Assembly (NCBI GenBank): GCA_951406725.2
Contig: OX597817.1
Location: forward strand, 164,052,001-164,116,000
Origin: Octopus vulgaris
Taxonomy: Eukaryota
DNA length: 64,000 bases
Direction: 5' to 3'
Shown: in pieces, positions 55,504-64,000 of the stretch
Numbering within the stretch: position 1 is the stretch's first letter
Layout: each line of letters begins with the position of its first letter
Notes under the pieces: model-generated
Database searches by the model: none
What the model saw: only the letters and a program-made list of their open reading frames with translations
What the model was told of the DNA's origin: nothing
Position numbers and translations under genes: made by a program

Positions 55504-56612
55504 TATTTATATATTTAATTATTTATTTTTGTTTATTTGGCACTTACTAATCTATAATTAATTTAATTTATAATTAATAAACTTATTCTAAATTAATAGT
55601 AACCTCTGTAGGTGTGTGAAAATGTGTATGTGTACGTATATATGTTTTTGTACATATAGGTATGATCGTGGGTGGATGTACGGATGTATGTTTTTATTAC
55701 ACATATGAGCACGCAAGTGCGTACTTGGATGTGTATATATGTATATGCGAATATTCATTCATGGGTGGATATAAATATGGATTTTATTTGTACGTATGAG
55801 TGCGTAGATATATATTTAAATATATATATATGTGTGTGTGTGCGAAAGTTCCCTGACACAGTATAGGAAAGTGTATTAATATTTATGCGTATATGCGGAT
55901 GTGCGTGTGAGTGTGTGTGTTAGTGTTAGACACTGCTGCCTGTACTGATATGTCTATAAGCCATGCGATGACAGACATGCACTCTGCAATTTATTGTAGA
56001 GATGTGTCGGGGTGTATTCATGTGTGTGTACATGTGTGTGTGAGTTTCTGTGTGGATGTGTGGGTTTTGGGTTAGATGTGGATGTGTATGTTTTGCTTGT
56101 ACGGTGTGGTGGAGGTCGGGCGGTTCTCAATTGACCAACCGTGAGGAAGATAATGATAATTTTAAATTCAAATCCAATAGTGTATTTATGTCATAAGGAA
56201 AACTATTAACTGGAACACGGACATACATATATTCCGCTCTGGATCATAATGTAAGTTATTAATAATATTATGAATGATAATGATGATAACATTAATGGTA
56301 TTGACAACGATAATGATGCTAACTTTAATGACACTTTAGAAATTATTATGAAGTAATATAATGTTCTATTGACTATGTACATATGCATCTAAGTACTAAT
56401 TTGTGTATGTTTATTATCACAATATTAAGTCGAAAAACTGAGATATTGGGTGTTTACTAATTTATATTATTTATTTATATCATTATGTAAATGTATATTT
56501 TTATATGTATAAGAGTGTGAGTATATGCACTCATATGTATATGTATATGTTGTATTGTGGGTACGCACCCACACCCATGTGGGTATATATGTAGACTGAG
56601 TTATATTACATA

Positions 56613-56739
56613 ATCTCCGAAGAGGCCTTATGATATTTTTGTTAATGTCTCATTTATATCCATATATTGACCTACCATAAAAGGCTAATATTGGTAAAAT
56701 GAGACATACTTATCTACATGGCCGAAACAGCTGTAAGAT
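56613..56739 (+). ncRNA. Type I hammerhead ribozyme motif with a very long stem II (3' terminal repeat of the PLE)
   Basis: ATCT-CCGAAGA-GGCC...(TGTCTCATTT/AAATGAGACA)...GGCC-GAAA-CAGCTG-TA-AGAT. Stems I, II and palindromic III present; U4C core variant; GUA site. Confidence 0.8.
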
Positions 56740-57154
56740 GTAATTTATACTTATATTTATATTTACTTATATTTATATTCTCTTTTATATATATTCTACT
56801 TATTATACAACATTACTCTTTTATGTACACTTTTTTTATGTACATTCCTTTATGTACACTGATTTGTTCTGCTTTTTATATTTAACCCTACAGTCTCTTA
56901 TGTGGTGGTTTAATAAAGTATGTGATTGAGTATTATCTGGTAATTGATATTTGACTTAGATGTATTTCTCCATTTTCTTATCTTGTATTAGTAATTTGTG
57001 GTAAATCATTTTACTTTTGCCCATATAATACAGTAAATGAATTGATTGCATCGCAATCATTAACATTTATGTATTAACTTTGTTGGGTACTTCACTAGCA
57101 GTATATTGGATATATGTTATCCCATATAGGGTTGCATTTACAACCCCTATCTCA

Positions 57155-57204
<50 letters not shown>

Positions 57205-57619
57205 AAATGGAAAGATGAATTTTCTTGTTACAGATTATTCAAAAGTTTAACCGATACCTGGGTAGCAAAAATCACAGCAGAAAAAACACGGTTGGAGATA
57301 AGACCATATGGTGTTGCAACCGTGCGTTGGTGCGGATAATTGAAGTTTAATATAATTAGTGAATTGAAGAAATGGAGTTGAACGAAGATTGTACAGAATT
57401 CCTTTTATTACATTCTACACATGTTTCAAAGGCCACAATTTTCCAAATTCTGATTAAATAAGGATACCATATTGCAGCTTTCTTTCAGGAAAAACCAGGA
57501 ATTACGTTGTCAGAACAAAACAAAACAGAGGCGCAGCAAAGCAATTCGAACGAGGAAGCTCCTTAAGAGCCCATGGATAAACCTGTTTTGTTTTGTTCTG
57601 ACAACGTAATTCCTGGTTT

Positions 57620-57699
57620 TTCCTGAAGAGAAAGCTGCAATATGGTATCCTTATTTAATCAGAATTTGGAAAATTGTGGCCTTTGAAACATGTGTAGAA
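57620..57699 (+). ncRNA. Type I hammerhead motif in the right arm of a fold-back (57349-57760)
   Basis: TTC-CTGAAGA-GAAAGCTGCAAT...ATTGTGGCCTTT-GAAA-CATGTG-TA-GAA. The mirror at 57414-57491 has lost one core G. Confidence 0.7.
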
Positions 57700-57753
57700 T
57701 GTAATAAAAGGAATTCTGTACAATCTTCGTTCAACTCCATTTCTTCCATTCAC

Positions 57754-57756
<3 letters not shown>

Positions 57757-57838
<82 letters not shown>

Positions 57839-57843
57839 ATATA

Positions 57844-57899
<56 letters not shown>

Positions 57900-58071
57900 G
57901 CATGCAATATTTTCTAGGTTTGCTAATTCTGTTTCATATCAAATCATGTAGAAACATGTCACAGTTATGAATTTTCTAACTTATTGTTATCGCTGCTGGT
58001 CATTTTTCTGATGATGCGTCTCAAGTTAGACGAATTGTGTTCCTCTATTATTTGTAAGAAGCACATCTATA

Positions 58072-58128
<57 letters not shown>

Positions 58129-58705
58129 TGTATGTATGTGTATATATATATATGTATGTATATGTATGAATGTATGTGTATATATATATGTATGTATGTA
58201 TATATGTATATACATATATATATATATATATACATATATATATGTATATATATACATGTATGTATGTATATATGTGTGTATGTATGTATATATATATGTA
58301 TATATGTATGTATGCATTTATATATATATGTATATATGTATAAATATGTATATATATGTGTATATATATGTTTGCAGATGTATGTGCGTATGTGTATATG
58401 TATATATATATATATATATGTATGTTGTATATATATGTATATGTATGTATATATATATATATATGTATGTATATATATATATGTATATATATATATAAGT
58501 ATGTGCGTATGTATATGCTGTATATATATGTATATGTATATATATATATGTATATATATATATATGTGCGTGTATATATATATATGTGTGTGTATATATA
58601 TATATATATATGTGTGTATATATATATATATGTCTGTATATATATGTATGTGTGTATATATATGTCTGTATATATATCTATGTATACATATATATTTGTA
58701 TATAT

Positions 58706-58736
<31 letters not shown>

Positions 58737-58910
58737 TGTATATATGTGTATGTATGTATATATGTGTATGTATGTGTATATGTATATATGTATATATAAG
58801 TATGTGTATACATATATATGTATGTGTATATATATACACATATAGATATATATATATTTATATATTTAGATATACACATATATATGTATATGTATATACA
58901 TATATGTATG

Positions 58911-58947
<37 letters not shown>

Positions 58948-59059
58948 TATAATATAACATACACGCACATACATACACACATACACACTCACACGCACAC
59001 ATGCACATTCATACATACATGCAAATATATTTATACGTGTATATATGTGTATATATGTG

Positions 59060-59100
<41 letters not shown>

Positions 59101-59110
59101 ATACGTATGT
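57757..59110. repeat. Long compound TA/TG/TATG microsatellite region (similar tracts at 6375-7020, 11100-11325, 12650-12813, 13865-14585)
   Basis: Direct reading; explains the YI/VC-rich ORFs in the track. Confidence 0.97.
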
Positions 59111-59247
59111 ATATTCATACGTGTGCTATTTGTTGCTTCAGCAGCCAGTATGAAGAAAATTAATGACGTTCTAACAATCTTTGATATTCCCAAGACGTTT
59201 GCTCAGAATAATTGCTGAAATCATCTCATTTACTGTAATTCCCACAG

Positions 59248-59347
59248 GAAGTTACGTGTAACCCTGGATATACGTGCCAGGTAAAAGCAGGCTCAAAAAA
59301 ATGTCCTTCGGGCTTGTGCAAGACGGAGGAGGCCAAATGTGTTCCTG
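59248..59347 (+). CDS. Coding exon, small Cys module EVTCNPGYTCQVKAGSKKCPSGLCKTEEAKCVP
   Basis: CCCACAG acceptor, GTAAGC donor at 59348. Phase 0 start joins the previous exon to give ...NRCEEVTCNPGYTC. Open frame, ends phase 1. Confidence 0.85.
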
Positions 59348-59513
59348 GTAAGCACACAAAAGATTCTCATTACTGTCTAATCGTATTTTACGTGACTATA
59401 CTGCTTTCCAGATTCATTATAGCTCAAAGATTTAGGCAAAATATCATGCCATTCTTACTGCTTTATTTCTCGTTTCTTTCTTTTCTCTTTTCTTTGTGCA
59501 TGTCCACTGCTCC

Positions 59514-59568
<55 letters not shown>

Positions 59569-61228
59569 AATCTCTTTCAATCTCTCTCTCTCCCCAATCT
59601 CTTTCAATCTCTCTCTCTCTCTCACTTTATACGTCTCATATTTCTATTTCCATTCAACTGAGAATTTATCATTTGACGTTTCTCTCAGCAAGCATTAAAG
59701 AGCCTGTATAATTATAGATGATGAATGCATGTCATTATCGTTGGTGGTGGTGGTGGTGGTGGTGGTGGTGGTGGTGGGGATGCTGGAGGTGATGATGACG
59801 ATGTCAGTTCTTATCAAACCAACCTGTGATTAAATGTATTCTATCTTTGACCTTCCCGTCTTTAATCCAGATATAACGTAATAACATACCAAGGATTATA
59901 TTATTCCATCTGTTTATTTCTATTCTTAAGACAACAGAGGGCGGCTTGAGGGAGATTTGACTGCTATTAACGATAAGACCTGCAGATTATTCCATGCTAC
60001 TGTATATCCTCAGTTCAGCAGAAAAAAAAATCAAAATTATGAGCATCCTGATTTAATTTTTATTTTAAGATATAAATGTATATATATATATATATACATC
60101 CACTGCCGGATGAAACCTTGTCTTATTGCTGGTTGTAGTCCGACATATTCTAAGCAGGCCAATTTCTGGTCGTGTGGCACTCCGTGGTCAGACGATTAGC
60201 TCTTGTCATTCGCAACTAATCAGAATTCAAGCTCAGATTCAAATTGCAAAGAGCCAGAACGGACAACGTAAAACATCTTGTTCGAGCCTCTAACAATTAC
60301 ACCAGTCAACTGCCTCTATAAAGCGACGGCGAAGGGAGCAGCTGGCTGGCAAAATCGTTAGCACATCGGACAAAATACTGCATGTCTTCCGTGGAAGCGC
60401 AATGGCCCAGTGGTTAGGGCAGCGGACTCGCGGTCAGAGGATCGCGGTTTCGATTCCCAGACCGGGCGCTGTGTGTGTTTATTGAGTGAAAACACCTAAA
60501 GCTCCACGAGGCTCCGGCAGGAGGTGGTGGCGACGCCTGTTGTACCCTTTCGCCCCAACTTTCTCTCACACTCTCTTCCTGTTTCTTGAGTAATGCTGCG
60601 ATGGACTGGCGTCCCGCCCCAGCTGGGGGGAACACATACGCCACAGAAATCGGAAAACCGGGCCCATGAGCCTGGCTAGGCTTGAAAAGGGCGAGAGGAG
60701 GCATGTCTTCTGGCTTACGTTCTGATTTCAAATTCCGTAGAATTTGATTTTGCCCGTCATCCTTTCAGAGGTCGATAAAACAAGTATCAATCGAGCACTG
60801 GGTTTGATGTAATCGATTGGTACCCTAACCCCAAAATTTCAAGCCTTGTGCCTACAGAAATTTAATCGACACTGAAAGAATGAAAGAAAAAAAATTGACT
60901 GTAGCCGGGATCGAACTCAGAGCGTAGAAGTTAATACAAAAATCTGACGCTCTAACGTTTCCACCAATTCGCTAACTATATCGCAAGCAAAATCATTGGC
61001 TATTGACTGTTAAATTTGCTGTAATTGCGTTATTAATCAAGTTAATTATTAAAGATGAAACACTGTTCCTATCAAATATTTAATTTCTATTTATAACTTC
61101 TATTTAATTTATCAGTAATTATCGATAATTATCATAATTAAAATGAAAACAATCGTTAATACACAATAATAATCATCTTCACTCATACAGACATTAGATA
61201 ATTACTATGTATTGACTTATATTGATGA

Positions 61229-61611
61229 CTAGCAGTATCGCCCGGCGTTGCTCAGGTTTGTAAGGGAAATAACTATAAAGCATTTTTAAAGAGTTATAGC
61301 CAAAAAATAGCAAAAAAATAGAAAAAAATGATGGTAAATTTTTTTTTTAGTTAAAAAAGGTGGAGTTGCGTCCCCTAGACAGTCTGTGGTTTGTGTTTCT
61401 GATTCTCGACCCCATGTCGAATTTATCGATTTTTTTCAGAACTGGGGGAACTTTTCAAAATTTTCGCTGCGTTAGTTTTGAATTATGACATTGGGCTAAG
61501 TGTTTGTCAAGTTTTATCAGAATCGGTTGAAAGCCGTGGTCAGGGTGAGGGTACAAGCAAACAGACACACAGAAACACGCACAGACAAACTGCCGTTTAT
61601 ATAGAGAGAGA
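61229..61611 (-). mobile_element. Non-autonomous Helitron
   Basis: Minus strand begins TC and ends with a GC hairpin (CCTGAGCAACGCCGGG) and CTAG; inserted between A and T. Confidence 0.8.
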
Positions 61612-61864
61612 TGATGATGATGATGATGATGATGGGGTGATGCTATCATCATCATCATCACTACTATCACCACCACCACCACCATCATCACCGTGGCTAA
61701 CAAACTAACAACCATTGTACAATAAGCAGCCAACGAGGGAGCCTCTGCGTAGTTGTTCGACTTACTGGAAATAGTAACTAAATCGAGTCACAGCCTTCTG
61801 GCTTCATTGAATGAAGATGGGGTGATCGCAGATAAGGTAGAATACCTTTGATTATTTAAGAAAC

Positions 61865-62610
61865 TTTAGCATGCCGGGCGAAATGCTCAGCGGTATTTCG
61901 TCTGCCGCTACGTTCTGAGTTCAAATTCCGCCGAGGTCGACTTTGCCTTTCATCCTTCCAGAGTCGATTAAATAAGTGCCAGTTACACACAGGGGCGATA
62001 TAATCGGCTTAATCCGTTTGTCTGTCCTTGTTTGTCCTCTCTGTGTTTAGTCCCTTGTGGGTAGTAAAGAAATAGGTATTCCGTCTGTCTTTATGTTCTG
62101 AGTTCAAATTCCGCCGAGGTCGACTTTGCCTTTCATCCTTCCAGAGTCGATTAAATAAGTGCCAGTTACACACTGGGGCGATATAATCGACTTAATCCGT
62201 TTGTCTGTCCTTGTTTGTCCTCTCTGTGTTTAGTCCCTTGTGGGTAGTAAAGAAATAGGTATTCCGTCTGTCTTTATGTTCTGAGTTCAAATTCCGCCGA
62301 GGTCGACTTTGCCTTTCATCCTTCCAGAGTCGATTAAATAAGTGCCAGTTACACACTGGGGCGATATAATCGGCTTAATCCGTTTGTCTGTCCTTGTTTG
62401 TCCTCTCTGTGTTTAGTCCCTTGTGGGTAGTAAAGAAATAGGTATTCCGTCTGTCTTTATGTTCTGAGTTCAAATTCCGCCGAGGTCGTCTTTGCCTTTC
62501 ATCCCTTCGGGGGTCGATAAATTAAGTACCAGTTGCGAACTGGGGTCGATCTGATCGACTTCATTCTCTCCCAAAAGTTTCGGGCTTTGTGCCTAGAGTA
62601 GAAAAAATTA
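61865..62610 (+). repeat. Tandem array of a SINE C-derived unit, period 183 bp, nearly four units
   Basis: GTTCTGAGTTCAAATTCCGCCGAGG recurs at 61912, 62095, 62278 and 62461. Confidence 0.95.
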
Positions 62611-62751
62611 TTCGAGTCTACTCGATCAAAGCTGACCAAGAACTAAAACAACACCGACAACAACACCGACAACAACGATTTTAATAATTTTTTTGTTTTG
62701 CTTTGTTTTGTTATTTTTCATTGATTTTTTTTTTGTTTTTGTTTTTGTCAG

Positions 62752-62931
62752 CCGGAAGTCTCGGTAAGGTGGAGAATATTTGTGAAGCCGGTACACCGAA
62801 TGGCTATTGTTTTGGTAAGGTTTCACCCGTCGTCAACTGTATTGGCAATTATAAATGCGTCATTCATCCGAGCAACAACTACGGGCTTTGTTGCCTGAAA
62901 CCCTCTGCAACCACGTTCAGCAATGTCCCAT
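62752..62931 (+). CDS. Coding exon, lustrin-like six-Cys module (A)GSLGKVENICEAGTPNGYCFGKVSPVVNCIGNYKCVIHPSNNYGLCCLKPSATTFSNVP; gene continues past the window
   Basis: Long T-rich tract with CAG acceptor, GTAAAT donor at 62932, symmetric phase 1-1 exon of 180 nt. CxxGxP...C...CxxxYxCxIHPxxxYxxCC resembles lustrin cysteine-rich repeats. Confidence 0.8.
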
Positions 62932-63155
62932 GTAAATATTACAACCTTTCTTTCTTTCTTTTTATTATATTTTTTTTTATCACACCGGTGTTGGTATATT
63001 TGGGTCCCCCGTAACTTAACGTTTCGGCAATAAAGACCGACAGATTAAGTTCCAGTCTTAAAATAAAATTAAGTTCTGGGATCGATTCAATCGACTAAAA
63101 ATTCTTCAAGGTGATGCCCCAGCATGACCGCAATCTAATGACTGAAACAAGTAAA

Positions 63156-63236
<81 letters not shown>

Positions 63237-63376
63237 CAGCAAAACAATTAAGATTCAAATGAATTCAAATGAATATGGTACTTAACTTAGATGCACCAGA
63301 ATTCTTTATGGTATTAACCATAAAATTATGTGGGGTGATTATAACCAAGAAAAAAGCAACAAGAATGGATCGGTAG

Positions 63377-63463
63377 TTTAGTACAATTGTTTCATACTAT
63401 AAACATTTTATTTAAAGCTGCAAATATTACAGCAAATATAATGTCAAGTATTCATCAGCTAAA
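63377..63463 (-). ncRNA. Type I hammerhead motif, canonical core, in a fold-back (63348-63544)
   Basis: Minus strand TTTAG-CTGATGA-ATACT...AGTAT-GAAA-CAATTG-TA-CTAAA. The plus-strand mirror at about 63476-63544 has only the 3' half. (TA)n on both flanks. Confidence 0.8.
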
Positions 63464-63542
63464 TCACATATAGGTTAAATAAAATGTTTATAGTATGAAA
63501 CAATTGTACTAAACTACCGTTCCATTCTTGTTGCTTTTTTCT

Positions 63543-63613
<71 letters not shown>

Positions 63614-64000
63614 CTTATAAACAAGGACCAAAGAAAAAATTCTAATGCCAAATATGCCGAAAAGCGACCATTTTCATTTTTCATTTTTTTATATAATTTC
63701 ATCACATTTACATTCGTTTATGTTTTTATCCCCACTGTGGTCTTGTCTGTCGTTGTGGTGTCCTCTCTATGTTTGGGGCTTATGCCTAATATAGAAATTG
63801 GCTTGATGGGTAGAGGTGAGAAGCAAGTGAGTTTAGGCAAATTCGGGAGACAGTAAGCTTAGTTTAACCAGGCAGCAGAGTCGTAAGAGCATACATGTAG
63901 TATTTACTCTAACGCTCTAAGTTCAAATCTTGCGTAAATCAACATTGCCCTTTATTGTCTTTTATCCTTTCGGAGTCGATAATAAAGTGCCTGTCCAGCG

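Larger units (their letters stand above)
52086..57155 (+). mobile_element. Penelope-like retroelement (Naiad-type), near full length but degenerate, inserted in (TA)n within an intron
   Basis: RT and GIY-YIG coding remnants. 52086-52459 is the reverse complement of 56611-56988. About 60 bp at 52458-52518 is directly repeated at 57097-57155. (TA)n on both flanks; hammerhead in the terminal repeat. Confidence 0.9.

Noticed and set aside
55965-56012. Hairpin preceded by ATGA in the PLE 3' region, considered as a SECIS because some Naiads encode selenoproteins
   Set aside because: No correctly placed 3' GA for the quartet, and the endonuclease Cys codons are TGT/TGC with no in-frame TGA.
57984-59193. 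Overlapping ORFs up to 313 aa rich in Y, I, C and V (likewise 6224-7147 and 35174-35670)
   Set aside because: Stop-free dinucleotide microsatellites open in several frames on both strands; not genes.
61912-62560. Regularly spaced repeats suggestive of a CRISPR array
   Set aside because: Whole 183-bp units repeat with no unique spacers; eukaryotic SINE-derived sequence with no cas genes.

Overview
Eukaryotic, AT-rich genomic DNA, dense in microsatellites and SINEs. The SINE repertoire resembles that of octopus, which is an inference. Almost all ORFs in the supplied track are microsatellite or SINE artefacts. Real content: (1) The 5' part of a spliced + strand gene for a secreted cysteine-rich protein (signal peptide, antistasin-like, small Cys module, lustrin-like). 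It has four phase-compatible coding exons at 46485-46572, 50806-50933, 59248-59347 and 62752-62931 and continues beyond the window. (2) A degenerate Naiad-type Penelope-like retroelement (PLE; RT plus GIY-YIG) at about 52086-57155 inside one intron, with inverted hammerhead-bearing termini. (3) About ten further loci carrying hammerhead-ribozyme (HHR) motifs of several unrelated sequence families. Most sit in or beside (TA)n tracts, and several form divergent fold-back pairs. (4) A ~1.6-kb near-perfect inverted duplication whose spacer contains the gene's start-codon exon. (5) Fragments of RTE, R4/Dong, HERO-like, CR1 and Gypsy elements, hAT, Tc1/pogo and PIF MITEs, Helitrons and three tRNA-SINE families. 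All structures were read by eye; no folding, alignment or database search was run.
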